64,000 nt of DNA from an uncultured Candidatus Saccharibacteria bacterium (lineage in GTDB: Bacteria > Patescibacteriota > Doudnabacteria > UBA920): assembly GCA_964490395.1 (NCBI GenBank), contig CAZBAS010000001.1:19815-83814 (forward strand), written 5' to 3'. The position numbers and the translations under genes are program-made. Below the pieces are notes generated by a model. It was not told where the DNA came from and did no database searches. It saw nothing but the letters and a program-made list of their open reading frames with translations. Positions 26,946-36,806 of this stretch are shown one piece after another; the stretch's first letter is position 1, and the number at the start of each line of letters is the position of its first letter.

Positions 26946-26963
26946 TCATAATTCTACTTTGCT

Positions 26964-28055
26964 ATGAGAGTAAAACAGATTTCCATAAAGAATTTTCGAA
27001 ATTATCCAGAATTACAACTGGATATTACCAGTGATTTAGTAGTTTTATCCGGTCCAAATGCCGTAGGGAAGACCAATTTGCTTGAGTCAGTGTATTTTGC
27101 CTCTTTGTTTAAATCCTTTCGGGATGATTCAGAGTTTATCTTCATGAAGAACGCCACGACTGCCGAGGTTCGCGTGACTGTGGAGCGGCGAGGGCAGGAT
27201 CATACCATAGAAATATTCTTGGAGCAGCGAGACAAGATTTACGCAAACTTCAAGCTCGATGGTGTGGTGAAGCGTCGCCGGGAAGTACAAGGGTTTTTGA
27301 ATGTAGTCATATTTGAACCGGAAGATGTTGGTTTGTTTACCGCAAGTCCAGAAAGCAGGCGCCGATATTTAAACATGGTACTTTCTCAAAAAGACATTCA
27401 GTACTTGGAAGATATAGGGAATTACAAAAAAGTGCTGAGTCAGAAAAATAGGGTGCTCCAGCAAATTCGCGGTGGGGGAGCATCCCAGGATGACCTTATT
27501 GCCTGGAACGAACAAATAGTGAAATTGGGTGTTCCTATTATTATGCACCGAAAGCGGTTTATTAGTTTCTTAAACCAGCACTTTGCAGATATTTATAGCA
27601 ATATTTCAGGCTTTCACCGCCCCGTTGAAGTGGAGTACGCAACCCTTCCTGGTACTACTGTAGAAGAGGTTGAGAGTGCCTTACGCAAACTGCTCGCAGA
27701 CCAACTTCAGCGCGAAATTATGCTTTCTACGAGCTTGGTGGGGCCGCACCGTGATGATTTTAATTTAAAGAGCGACGGACTATTTTTGTCCCCATTTTCA
27801 TCTCGCGGTGAACTACGCAGTCAGATCCTTTCCCTTAAAGTTCTTGAGCTTGAGTATCTGAGTAAGGGAGAAGATAAGCCTGTATTGCTACTTGATGATG
27901 TGCTTTCAGAACTTGATGAACAGCGCCGCACATTCTTACTTAAGTTTCTACAAGGTAAATTCCAAACCTTTATTACCACTACCCACCCGCTGGAAATGGC
28001 AGCTCAGCATGTTACGTTAACCCCGAGCGCCCAAGAAGAAGAGTATAAGGCATAG
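26964..28055 (+). CDS. recF: DNA replication and repair protein RecF.
   Basis: N-terminus IKNFRNYPELQLDITSDLVVLSGPNAVGKTNLLESVYF (Walker A), C-terminal signature/Walker B LLLDDVLSELDEQR. Confidence 0.9.
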   Translation: MRVKQISIKNFRNYPELQLDITSDLVVLSGPNAVGKTNLLESVYFASLFKSFRDDSEFIFMKNATTAEVRVTVERRGQDHTIEIFLEQRDKIYANFKLDGVVKRRREVQGFLNVVIFEPEDVGLFTASPESRRRYLNMVLSQKDIQYLEDIGNYKKVLSQKNRVLQQIRGGGASQDDLIAWNEQIVKLGVPIIMHRKRFISFLNQHFADIYSNISGFHRPVEVEYATLPGTTVEEVESALRKLLADQLQREIMLSTSLVGPHRDDFNLKSDGLFLSPFSSRGELRSQILSLKVLELEYLSKGEDKPVLLLDDVLSELDEQRRTFLLKFLQGKFQTFITTTHPLEMAAQHVTLTPSAQEEEYKA

Positions 28056-28070
28056 ATAAAAAACTAACAT

Positions 28071-28104
28071 ATGTAAATAAAAATACTTTCCACACTATAA
28101 GGAA
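28071..28104 (+). terminator. Rho-independent terminator after recF.
   Basis: aaatactttcc-acactataa-ggaaagtattt followed by tt. Confidence 0.55.
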
Positions 28105-28134
28105 AGTATTTTTAATCTACCATATAATAAATAC

Positions 28135-28689
28135 ATGAATGAAATTGCATTTCAGAAAATAAAACAATTATTTGATAGTGTTGGTATAGAATATTCTATC
28201 TATACGCACCCAGAGTGCCGCACAAGCGAAGAGTCTGCGCGGGTTCGTAAAGAGACGGGTATGCCCGATGCTGTGGGGGCAAAGGCTTTATTGTGCAAGG
28301 TAGATTTTAAGCCTTCTCCCTCTGTTGTTAAGGTCTCCGAGTCGGAATCCAATGCTGCTCGTAGTGAGTTTGTCGTATTCGTCTTGCCCGGTACTCATGC
28401 GTTAGATAAAACAAAGCTAAAAAGTGGCTTGCCCGATTTAAAACAATTCCGTTTCTCGACCAAAGAAGAACTGCTTGATATTGCCGGGGTTGTTCCAGGT
28501 TGTATGCCTCCATTCGGTAATCAAATATTTGAAAAAGCACAAAGACTGTACGTTTCCGAAGCGCTTAAGGATTTTCCCCGCATTGCATTTAACGCTGCAA
28601 AATTAGATACAAGTATTACTCTTGCTACTGAAGACTATTTGCATACAGTAACACCGGATAGTGTCTTTGATTTTTCTTCCCTTAAGTAA
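28135..28689 (+). CDS. ybaK: YbaK/ProX-type aminoacyl-tRNA deacylase domain protein.
   Basis: YbaK fold motifs: HPECRTSEESA, KALLCKV, VLPGTHALDKTKL, GVVPGCMPPFG. Confidence 0.6.
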   Translation: MNEIAFQKIKQLFDSVGIEYSIYTHPECRTSEESARVRKETGMPDAVGAKALLCKVDFKPSPSVVKVSESESNAARSEFVVFVLPGTHALDKTKLKSGLPDLKQFRFSTKEELLDIAGVVPGCMPPFGNQIFEKAQRLYVSEALKDFPRIAFNAAKLDTSITLATEDYLHTVTPDSVFDFSSLK

Positions 28690-28710
28690 CAATCATAGGC
28701 AGCTTTAAAA

Positions 28711-28750
28711 TATACCCACCAACTCGCGGTCAGGAGTTAGTGGGTATATT
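28711..28750. terminator. Palindromic terminator-like element (atacccaccaactc-gcggtcag-gagttagtgggtat) between convergent genes. A second copy lies at 45978..46018.
   Basis: 14-nt stem with one mismatch. A near-identical element occurs downstream of uvrB. Confidence 0.55.
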
Positions 28751-28787
28751 TAGATGAGTAGGGGGGGCCTGAGTTTTTCTTAAGCGT

Positions 28788-29837
28788 TTATAAGAGATCG
28801 TCTTTGCCTTGTTTTTTAAGGCGGTTCACTATTTCTCCTACTTTGCCCGATTTATTTTTGTGGCAAATAAGCAAAGCGTCTTCAGTGTCTACAACTATTA
28901 AGTCTTGTACTCCAACTAGGGCAACTTGCTTACCGTTTTGTACTCGTACAAAGTTGTTAGAAGAATCTATTTCCTCTATATGCGCAGCGTCAGTGGTTTT
29001 TTGCGGTGCTGCAAAGTTCATGAGTGATTCCCAGGTACCAAAGTCTATCCAGTCAAAGGGGAGTTGGACCACCAGGGACTCGCCAGCCGCGTGCACTTTC
29101 TGAGTAACTTCTTCTATTGGTCCCGCTGGCATAGTGGCATATTCACTGGCTGCGTCGCCGCCTTCAATAATGCGCATGAGTGGTTCGTACCAGTCCGTGC
29201 GATATTGTTTCAGCATGTTCAGAAAAGCCCGGGGTGTCATGCAGGTGTGATTTGCATGAATCAGCGCTCCTTCTTGAATGTACTTACTGGTTTCTTCTTT
29301 TGTAGCGCGCCAGAGAAATTTGTCTACGCTATATACACCTGCCTCACCCTCTTCGGATACGCGCGCGCCGGGTACTAAGTAGTCTACTCCCATTACAGCG
29401 TATGTTGGTGCAATGCCTCCTGTAATGTATTTTCCAGTTTCTTTAGCGAGCCTGTCGCATACCTCTATCATTTCAATGAACTTATTACTAGGCAGGCGCA
29501 GTACATCTGCTTGAACGAGCATAAACGGCTCGTCGGGAAACTGTTTGTACAGCATGGCTGCAGCAAAGCCGCTTGCAGGGCCTTGGTTCCGCATCTCAGG
29601 CTCAAGAAATATATTTTCCTCAACTATTTCGCTTACCTGCTCTCTGGCCAGTTGTGCTTGTAGTTCGTTTGTTTGAATATATATATCTTCTGGTGCGAAT
29701 TTTAAACGTAGTGCTTCCCAGTTAAGCTGAAAAAGCGATTTACCATTAAAAAGAGGGAGGAACTGTTTTGGCGAATCTTGCCGGCTTTCTGGCCACATTT
29801 TAGTGCCAACGCCACCACAGAGAATTACAGGAATCAT
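28788..29837 (-). CDS. Mannose-1-phosphate guanylyltransferase (GDP-mannose pyrophosphorylase) family nucleotidyltransferase, without a PMI domain.
   Basis: N-terminus MIPVILCGGVGTKMWPESRQDSPKQFLPL matches the ManC/GMP G-x-G-T-R-L-x-P-L-S...PKQ motif. Length 349 aa. Confidence 0.7.
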   Translation of the reverse strand: MIPVILCGGVGTKMWPESRQDSPKQFLPLFNGKSLFQLNWEALRLKFAPEDIYIQTNELQAQLAREQVSEIVEENIFLEPEMRNQGPASGFAAAMLYKQFPDEPFMLVQADVLRLPSNKFIEMIEVCDRLAKETGKYITGGIAPTYAVMGVDYLVPGARVSEEGEAGVYSVDKFLWRATKEETSKYIQEGALIHANHTCMTPRAFLNMLKQYRTDWYEPLMRIIEGGDAASEYATMPAGPIEEVTQKVHAAGESLVVQLPFDWIDFGTWESLMNFAAPQKTTDAAHIEEIDSSNNFVRVQNGKQVALVGVQDLIVVDTEDALLICHKNKSGKVGEIVNRLKKQGKDDLL

Positions 29838-29999
29838 AGGAAAAGTAGAAATAATTGAAATAAAGAAATAAGAAAGCTATATAGCGTAAGACTAATAGAA
29901 ACTAGTAGATATATTGTTACTTGGTGTAACAATAATTTCTATTAGTTTCGTGAGTTTTTGAGCTAATTTCCTATATTTCTCTATACCACAGTATACCAC

Positions 30000-30578
30000 T
30001 TATGGATTAAGTGGTGGGGGAAGGGGGCTGGGTGTTGAGGTTTCCGTCACTTTTATAGCCATTTTACGGTGTTGCTCGTATATGTCTAATATTAACTTTT
30101 TAACCTGCTCCGGTCGGGCAACGTTTTCAAACTGGAACTCATTTTGTGCGCTGCTTGTTTGTACTAGCACATTGCCAAAATTAAATACGGTTGCAAGAAT
30201 TCCATGAGCATTACTGGTTACCTCTTCAACATTTTCTATTTGTATTTCAGTAACTTTTCTCCGAAATAGTCCGCTTTGGTCAACGTCTACCATTCGGTGG
30301 TCAGTTACTATTTGTAAAGAAAGATAGTAAAAAACAAATACTAACAAAGAGCCCAAGAGGAGGCCTAGGTAGTATATGTAAAAGAGCAGAGCAATAATTC
30401 CTACTGCGAGTTCGCTAAAAAAATCGGGAAGTATACGCGGTACTAAAATTTGTGCAGTAATACCAATGGCAAATAAAAATACAATCAGTGCCAGTCTAAA
30501 CCAAAGGAGTATAGGGTGCTCGCGTATAACTAAATATATTTTTTCATCATCAAGTTGCGATTCGAAAAGTTTATGCAT
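30000..30578 (-). CDS. Membrane protein with a bacterial PH (bPH_2/YdbT-like) domain.
   Basis: Two N-terminal TM helices, then a ~90-aa domain (DHRMVDVDQSGLFRRKVTEIQIENVEEV...) typical of DUF304/bPH proteins. Confidence 0.4.
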   Translation of the reverse strand: MHKLFESQLDDEKIYLVIREHPILLWFRLALIVFLFAIGITAQILVPRILPDFFSELAVGIIALLFYIYYLGLLLGSLLVFVFYYLSLQIVTDHRMVDVDQSGLFRRKVTEIQIENVEEVTSNAHGILATVFNFGNVLVQTSSAQNEFQFENVARPEQVKKLILDIYEQHRKMAIKVTETSTPSPLPPPLNP

Positions 30579-30583
30579 TTGAG

Positions 30584-30796
30584 TTATAAGTTAGCAAGCG
30601 TGTGAATAGAGAAAATAACTATGAGCAAAAATAAAATTCCGTAGACAGTCGAGACGCTGGTTGCGACCGAACGCTTCTCCGCATTTTTCAAAAATACGCC
30701 TATGGTAACAAGGCTAAATATTCCTAAAAACACCACTAGTAACAAGTAAATAGCTATAAGTATTCCCGATATGCTGTCAGGTAATATAGATGGCAT
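30584..30796 (-). CDS. Small two-TM membrane protein of unknown function.
   Basis: 70-aa hydrophobic ORF tightly packed between ruvB and the bPH gene. Confidence 0.35.
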   Translation of the reverse strand: MPSILPDSISGILIAIYLLLVVFLGIFSLVTIGVFLKNAEKRSVATSVSTVYGILFLLIVIFSIHTLANL

Positions 30797-30802
30797 AGTT
30801 TT

Positions 30803-31873
30803 TTATAAAAGTGTATTTGGTGGGGTCTTCCCCATGTGCTCGTACCCCCGTTTTGTTGCTTGTCGCCCTTTTGGAGTTCGGAGGATTAAACCTTCACGAA
30901 TTAAGTATGGTTCGTATATGTCTGTAATGGTATCTTCTGCTTCTCCGGTAGCTATGGCAAGTGTTTGCAGGCCAACTGGTCCGCCGTTGAACTTATTGAT
31001 AAGAGTCTCCATAATAAGCCGATCGCCATTGTCTAATCCTAATGGATCTATGCCAAGTTGCTCCAAACTTTCAACGGTATCTGTTGTGGTTATGGTATCA
31101 CGGCCTTTAAGCTGAGCAAAATCTCGCACTCGTTTTAGAAGGCGGTTGGCAATGCGCGGGGTGCCCCGACTGCGCCGCGCAATTTCTACGGCCGCGTCTT
31201 CAATTAGTGCAATTTCTAGTATATGTGCTGAGCGTTCAATAATGTGGCGAAGGTCCTCATCGGTATAATATTCAAGATGATAGATATGACCAAACCGGTC
31301 TCGGAGCGGTCCAGAAATAAGGCCTACCCGAGTGGTTGCGCCAACAAGAGTAAATGCAGGGAGTTGCATGCGAATGCTGCGTGCGCCCGGTCCTTTGCCA
31401 ACTACAATATCCAGTACTCGGTCTTCTATGGCCGGGTATAGAATTTCTTCCGCAGTAATGTGGAGGCGGTGGATTTCATCAATAAACAAAATATCACCCT
31501 CCTCCAGGTTCGTGAGGATGGCCGCAAGGTCGCCGGCTCGCTGCAGGCTTGCCCCAGAGGTTATGCGTAGTGCTCTACCGGTTTCTTTTGCAATAATGCT
31601 GGCCAGAGTGGTTTTGCCAAGTCCAGGAGGGCCATACAATAATACGTGCTCAACGGGCTCGCTCCGTTGTTTTGCTGCGGCAATGGCTACTCCAAGGTTA
31701 TTTTTTATTTGAGTTTGTCCTATATATTCAGTAAGCGCGTGTGGCCTCAGTGTTTGCTCAAGTATTGTTTCGTCCGGTTCTGCTGTACCTGCAACAATCT
31801 TTTCAGAATTTTCATTCGAGGATTCTATCATAGTAATAGTATTGTAAATGATTATCCTCGAGCTGGAAAGCAT
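30803..31873 (-). CDS. ruvB: Holliday junction branch migration helicase RuvB.
   Basis: LRPHALTEYIGQ...LLYGPPGLGKTTLA, Walker B ILFIDEIHRL, and C-terminal winged helix. Confidence 0.9.
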   Translation of the reverse strand: MLSSSRIIIYNTITMIESSNENSEKIVAGTAEPDETILEQTLRPHALTEYIGQTQIKNNLGVAIAAAKQRSEPVEHVLLYGPPGLGKTTLASIIAKETGRALRITSGASLQRAGDLAAILTNLEEGDILFIDEIHRLHITAEEILYPAIEDRVLDIVVGKGPGARSIRMQLPAFTLVGATTRVGLISGPLRDRFGHIYHLEYYTDEDLRHIIERSAHILEIALIEDAAVEIARRSRGTPRIANRLLKRVRDFAQLKGRDTITTTDTVESLEQLGIDPLGLDNGDRLIMETLINKFNGGPVGLQTLAIATGEAEDTITDIYEPYLIREGLILRTPKGRQATKRGYEHMGKTPPNTLL

Positions 31874-31876
31874 ATT

Positions 31877-31897
31877 AAAACCCGCCTCAAGGCGGGT
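31877..31897 (-). terminator. Terminator hairpin downstream of the vanW-like gene.
   Basis: aacccgcct-caa-ggcgggtt. Confidence 0.45.
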
Positions 31898-31937
31898 TTA
31901 TGTAGTGATGCTGTGTTGTGAACTATGCGTTCCCAGC

Positions 31938-33176
31938 TTAATTGGTAGAGTTTATCTGTGGCTGAGTTGGTGTTGGGGTTGTGGTATTTGCTGGAGTAGG
32001 CGGTGTTGCAATAACGAACTTCTCCTCTTTTTTAAATATTGCTGGTGGTAAATAGTTTGACTTAAGAACATCTTCGCGAGTGGTGCCATCTTTGGTGACG
32101 TGCCTGGTCCAGGAAGCTTTCATGGATCCGTCAGATTTTTTGTCCCACTGTATTGGCTCGTCTACCATCACGCTTCTGTCGTCTTTTGTGCCGTACAAAT
32201 CAAAAGCTAAATGGGTTTTATCTATATAGTATGGCCAAATAAGAACGTGAGCAGGGGTGTCGTTGATAAATTTTAAATCTGTAGCAGGAGTATAAATGGT
32301 GGCATCGGTTCCAGGAGGGAAGTAGTGACTAACGGAAAACGCATGATTTCGGCGCTGGGTAATTTGCATACCGGATTGCATAACTGCGCGGAATAGAGTT
32401 GATGATACCTGGCAAATGCCCCCACCCAGTTCAGGTACGAGTCCCTCTGCTTTAATAACAATTTCCGGTTTAAAGCCTTTTGCAGCAGTAACGTCGCCGA
32501 GGTATTCACCAAAACTAAAAGTGTCTCCTGGATTTACAATGACTCCTCGAACTTGCTGCATACCAGCTTCAATATTTGCTAGTCTGTTCTTGGAGCTATT
32601 GGAAAAGTCTGAAATTCCACCGCTGAGAAATTCATTTATTCCTAGGGTGTTGGTGCTCGCAAGTGTGTTCTGGGCTTTCCGTACAATGCCAGAAACGGCA
32701 ATAGAGGGGGCTTTTTTGTCTATAGCTAGAAGAAGTTCGAGTGTGGATTTTCGATTGTCTGGCACCAGGCCTTCTTTGCCGGGTGAAAAGTCAACCACAC
32801 GATTATTTTGCATGACCATCTTTGCGTCTTCCGGCTCTGTGGTTGCATCTTTTGTGTGCGAAGTAAGCCAGTCGTAAGCCTTTTGCGGGTCGGTGTTGGT
32901 TTGTCTTGTATTTCGTGTGTGCGGCTGCAGTGATTGTGCTTCGAGGAAGAGGGGGGTTGTGGCTATACGAACTGTTTGGGGTGTGGGGGAGCTCAGTTCG
33001 GTCAGTGCGCTCTCATCCAGGGGTATCTGAAGGCCTGTTGCGTTGTCAGTTGTTTTTATAATTTCTTTAACTGGTACCGTGCGTCCGTATGCGCTCTGTC
33101 CGCTATATACAAAAAGCGCTCCCCCAATAAGTAACAGAGCGAGGTATGTTGTTTTGGATGAGTGAGAAAATATCAT
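31938..33176 (-). CDS. VanW-family protein with an N-terminal TM anchor.
   Basis: VanW domain motifs GDTFSFGEYLGDVTAAKGF...ELGGGICQVSSTLFRAV. The start was chosen at the internal Met (MIFSHSS...), which abuts rather than overlaps tsaE. Confidence 0.7.
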   Translation of the reverse strand: MIFSHSSKTTYLALLLIGGALFVYSGQSAYGRTVPVKEIIKTTDNATGLQIPLDESALTELSSPTPQTVRIATTPLFLEAQSLQPHTRNTRQTNTDPQKAYDWLTSHTKDATTEPEDAKMVMQNNRVVDFSPGKEGLVPDNRKSTLELLLAIDKKAPSIAVSGIVRKAQNTLASTNTLGINEFLSGGISDFSNSSKNRLANIEAGMQQVRGVIVNPGDTFSFGEYLGDVTAAKGFKPEIVIKAEGLVPELGGGICQVSSTLFRAVMQSGMQITQRRNHAFSVSHYFPPGTDATIYTPATDLKFINDTPAHVLIWPYYIDKTHLAFDLYGTKDDRSVMVDEPIQWDKKSDGSMKASWTRHVTKDGTTREDVLKSNYLPPAIFKKEEKFVIATPPTPANTTTPTPTQPQINSTN

Positions 33177-33178
33177 GA

Positions 33179-33613
33179 TTATGTAAAGTATATAGTAATG
33201 GCGTTTTTTGGAATGAGGCTTGGAGCTTTGTCCGCCCATTCTACTAAGGTAATGCTGTGTGGGTCACCCCACTGTTCTGTAATTCCGCTCTGAACTGCCT
33301 CAGAAGCATTTTCAATACGGTAGAGATCTAAATGGTGTATAAACAGCCTTGTTTTGTTCTTGGGGTTTGTACCGGTATATGTCTGGAGGAGAACAAATGT
33401 GGGACTGCTGACTCTGCCCACATAGCCAAGGGCTTTGGCAAGGTGTTTGGCAAAAGTGGTCTTTCCCGCGCCGAGTGGCCCAATGAGGGCAAATATTTCA
33501 CCGCCGGTAATGGACTTTGCAATGGTCTGGGCTAATTTTTCTGTCTCCGCAACCGTTGTAGTTATAGACTTGGGCATGGGTTCTTTGGTGTATGCCTTTG
33601 TTGTGGTAAGCAC
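33179..33613 (-). CDS. tsaE: tRNA threonylcarbamoyladenosine biosynthesis protein TsaE.
   Basis: Walker A GPLGAGKTTFAK, and SPTFVLLQTY...HLDLYRI motifs typical of TsaE/YjeE. Confidence 0.8.
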   Translation of the reverse strand: MLTTTKAYTKEPMPKSITTTVAETEKLAQTIAKSITGGEIFALIGPLGAGKTTFAKHLAKALGYVGRVSSPTFVLLQTYTGTNPKNKTRLFIHHLDLYRIENASEAVQSGITEQWGDPHSITLVEWADKAPSLIPKNAITIYFT

Positions 33614-33801
33614 CTCTATTATAGTAGGCTGCTTCGCGTAATGGGGCGTGTGGTTAAAATGAACAACTTATTGTATATCATTGTACACTTTATTGACCTA
33701 GTAAGTAAAATGCGGTATAGTGTAGAGCTTTAACACGGTTGTTGGAGTGTTCTATTTTTATTACCCCGGTGGGGCTCCAAACTTGAGTTAATTTAAAGCT
33801 T

Positions 33802-34959
33802 ATGGACGAAATTACATTACAAACTACTGCGTCATTTTTAGAAAAACACAACAAAATAGGAATAGTGCTGCCCACCGCTACTACCATCGACGCTGCTGCA
33901 GCTGCGCTTGGTCTGCAAGCTGCGCTGCGAGCATTGGGTAAAACTGTGGAAGTAATAAGCGACGGCTCGGTTCCTCAAAAACTCTCGTTCCTTGAGTTAA
34001 GCGGTCAGGTGCACCCTCTCGAAGTTTCCCATTCACAGATAGTTATATCTTTAGATACTACTAAAGCCCAGTTGGCAGAACTGAGCTACGATACTTTGCC
34101 CGGAAAAGTTAATATCTACCTTCGCTCCAAGGAAGGACAGTTTTTACCAAGCGACGTGAGCATTGCTCCAGGTGAATTGCCATTTGAGGTGCTTATATTG
34201 TGTGGGGTAGAAAACCCGGAACAGCTTGGAAAAACCTTTTCAGAAAACGCTGAACTTTTTTATGCGTTACCAAGAATAAATATAGACACAAACCCGCACA
34301 ACGAGAATCACGGTACGCTCAATTTAGTAAGCGTCACATCCAGCTCTGTAAGTGAGTTGGTATATCATGTTGTATCGGCTCTAAAGCAGGAACAGTCTTT
34401 GCCTGTTGCTGCTACAGCGCTACTGGCCGGTATTCTTGCGAGCACGGATAGTTTAAAAAGTATTCGTACTACTCCAGATACATTTGCAGTTGTTGCAGAT
34501 TTAATAGCGGCTGGCGCAGAATATCCTTTAGTAGTTAAATATTTGTTTAAAACCGAAAGGCTTGGTTTTTTGAAATTGTGGGGACGAAGCTTGGCACGAC
34601 TCAAGGTGTTGGAAGGAAGAGCTGCGGCGTACTCTGTGTTGCTAACGGCAGATTTTGAAAAAACTGATGAAAAGCCCGAGATGGCAAAGAATGTTTTGGC
34701 GGAACTCTACGAGAATGTGAGCGGTATGGCTACTATCGCGTTGGCTGTGCCGTTTGCTGCGGGGAGTAAGGTTGCAGTAGTGCAAAATTCACGACTCAAT
34801 GTAGATGAACTAGTAGCAGCTCTTGGAGGTGGTGCGGTAGAGCATGCAAAGCTCGATACAGGCCTTGAAGTAGTGGTCATAGAAACGCCCATTGCGGTAG
34901 AGAAAATAGAGCAGCAGCTAGTCGCTGGGCTTAGCCAGGCGTTGCCAGCGCAGGTGTAG
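33802..34959 (+). CDS. NrnA-like DHH/DHHA1 family protein with degenerate catalytic motifs.
   Basis: Co-linear with NrnA (…VISDGSVPQKLSFL…, INIDTNPHNENHG in the DHH position, GILASTDSLKS for GI-TDTG, GGGAVEHAKLD for GGGH). The DHH His/Asp residues are substituted. Confidence 0.45.
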   Translation: MDEITLQTTASFLEKHNKIGIVLPTATTIDAAAAALGLQAALRALGKTVEVISDGSVPQKLSFLELSGQVHPLEVSHSQIVISLDTTKAQLAELSYDTLPGKVNIYLRSKEGQFLPSDVSIAPGELPFEVLILCGVENPEQLGKTFSENAELFYALPRINIDTNPHNENHGTLNLVSVTSSSVSELVYHVVSALKQEQSLPVAATALLAGILASTDSLKSIRTTPDTFAVVADLIAAGAEYPLVVKYLFKTERLGFLKLWGRSLARLKVLEGRAAAYSVLLTADFEKTDEKPEMAKNVLAELYENVSGMATIALAVPFAAGSKVAVVQNSRLNVDELVAALGGGAVEHAKLDTGLEVVVIETPIAVEKIEQQLVAGLSQALPAQV

Positions 34960-35112
34960 GTCAATCCAATACCGTTCTTTTTACCCTTTCGTGTATAATA
35001 AACGAAAGGGTATTTTATTATACGCCTTCGGCGTGTATGTACGAATTCGCGAATGGCACGAATCTGCAAATTGCTACGAATGCAGAATATGTCTTAAAAC
35101 AAATAATTATAA

Positions 35113-36762
35113 ATGTCTAAAAATTTTTTACAATCAAATAAAACCACACTTTCCGACTCGCTGAGTCGCATGAACCGGCAAATGGAAGAAGCAAACACGG
35201 AAGAAAAAGCGAAACTTCTCGGTTTGCCGTATGTAAATCTCCATGCTTTTCCTGCAGACTTAAATACGCTGAGTCTCTTTTCCGAAGCTGAAGCATCGGC
35301 CGCAGAGGCAGTGCCATTTTCTCGGGAGCATAATGAACTCCGTGTTGCTGCTGTGGATCCGCGAAATGAGCTACTCCAGAGTAAACTCGCTGAACTATCT
35401 ACTCGTTTTACCATAAAAACGTATGTCGTGTCTAAGTCCGGTTTAACATATGCGCTTACGTTTTATAAAAATGTTGTCACGCCGCATGCGCACGTTATAG
35501 AAGATGTGCGCCTTGCATCTGCCACAAACTATATTGAAGCAATAGCGCGTTTAAAAGATGCCAGTATTCAAAAAGGTACAAACATTACAGAGCTGGTTGG
35601 TAGTTTGTTTGGTCTTGCTATGCAGCTACAGGCTTCGGATATACACATTGAACCAGAGGACCACCTCATTAAAGTGAGGCTTCGCGTAGATGGGGTGCTG
35701 CAAGATATGCTGCACATAGACAAGTCCTTGCAGTCGGCGTTAGTGTCGCGCATAAAAATACTTTCTAAACTCAAGCTGAACGTTGCCAACCTTCCCCAGG
35801 ATGGCCGTATGACATTTTCCTGGGACATAAATCCTATAGATGTTCGTGTTTCTAGCTTACCTTCGGCGTACGGCGAAGGGTTAGTGCTCCGCTTGCTTGG
35901 CGTGGGGGCGGTGCGCTTAAAGCTTAAAGATTTAGGGTTGGTCGGCCGGTCGTACACTATTATAGAAACTGAACTTCAAAAACCAAATGGAATGATAGTT
36001 ACCACTGGACCTACTGGAAGTGGTAAGACTACAACGTTGTATGCTTTTTTGAATGAACTCAATGACCCTGGTGTCAAAATAATAACTATAGAAGACCCGG
36101 TAGAATATAAGCTCGAGGGCATCCAGCAAACCCCTATAGACCACAATGTAGACTTTAGCTTTGCCAAAGCCTTGCGTGCTATCTTGCGACAAGACCCCGA
36201 CATAGTAATGGTTGGTGAAATCCGTGATGGCGAAACGGCAGACACTGCTCTCCAAGCAGCGTTGACCGGGCACATTGTGCTTTCTACACTACACACCAAT
36301 GACTCGTTTGGCGCCGTCCCTAGACTTATGACTATGGGCGCGCAGCCATTTATTATTGCTCCTGCCATTAATGCTGTCATTGCTCAGCGTTTAGTGAGAC
36401 GCCTTTGTGAACATTGCAAAACCACGGTAGTTCTTGAACCAGCGCTATTGGAGCATGTGCAAACTATACTAAACGCTATTCCACCGGCGGCTGCGACTAT
36501 TCTACCAAACCCGCTTCAGTTTTATCATTCTGTGGGGTGTGACCAGTGTCATGGTCTTGGGTATAAGGGGCGAGTGGGTATATATGAAGTTATTCATGTA
36601 AACGATGCCATGAAGGATCTTATTTTAAAAAGTGCGTCTATGCTTGAGTTAAAAAAGCAGGCTATTGCCGATGGCACGCTTACCATGGCGCAAGACGGAT
36701 TGGTAAAAGCACTGCAAGGCATAACAGATGTTGAAGAAGTGTTTCGAGTTGCAGGGGAGTAG
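35113..36762 (+). CDS. pilB: Type IV pilus / type II secretion assembly ATPase (PilB/GspE family).
   Basis: N-terminal GspII_E_N-like region. Walker A TGPTGSGKTT, Asp box, His box (LSTLHTNDS), and tetracysteine CEHCK...CDQCHGLGYKGRVGIYEV. Confidence 0.9.
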   Translation: MSKNFLQSNKTTLSDSLSRMNRQMEEANTEEKAKLLGLPYVNLHAFPADLNTLSLFSEAEASAAEAVPFSREHNELRVAAVDPRNELLQSKLAELSTRFTIKTYVVSKSGLTYALTFYKNVVTPHAHVIEDVRLASATNYIEAIARLKDASIQKGTNITELVGSLFGLAMQLQASDIHIEPEDHLIKVRLRVDGVLQDMLHIDKSLQSALVSRIKILSKLKLNVANLPQDGRMTFSWDINPIDVRVSSLPSAYGEGLVLRLLGVGAVRLKLKDLGLVGRSYTIIETELQKPNGMIVTTGPTGSGKTTTLYAFLNELNDPGVKIITIEDPVEYKLEGIQQTPIDHNVDFSFAKALRAILRQDPDIVMVGEIRDGETADTALQAALTGHIVLSTLHTNDSFGAVPRLMTMGAQPFIIAPAINAVIAQRLVRRLCEHCKTTVVLEPALLEHVQTILNAIPPAAATILPNPLQFYHSVGCDQCHGLGYKGRVGIYEVIHVNDAMKDLILKSASMLELKKQAIADGTLTMAQDGLVKALQGITDVEEVFRVAGE

Positions 36763-36806
36763 GTGTGGTATTATATAAATATGATTTGTAAGTCGTTAAG
36801 AAAAAA

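Noticed and set aside
33177-33239. Longer VanW-family ORF start at 33239, overlapping tsaE by 61 nt.
   Set aside because: The in-frame Met at 33176 gives a protein starting directly with the TM helix (MIFSHSSKTTYLALLLIGG) and abuts the tsaE stop without overlap, which is more parsimonious. Either start is possible.
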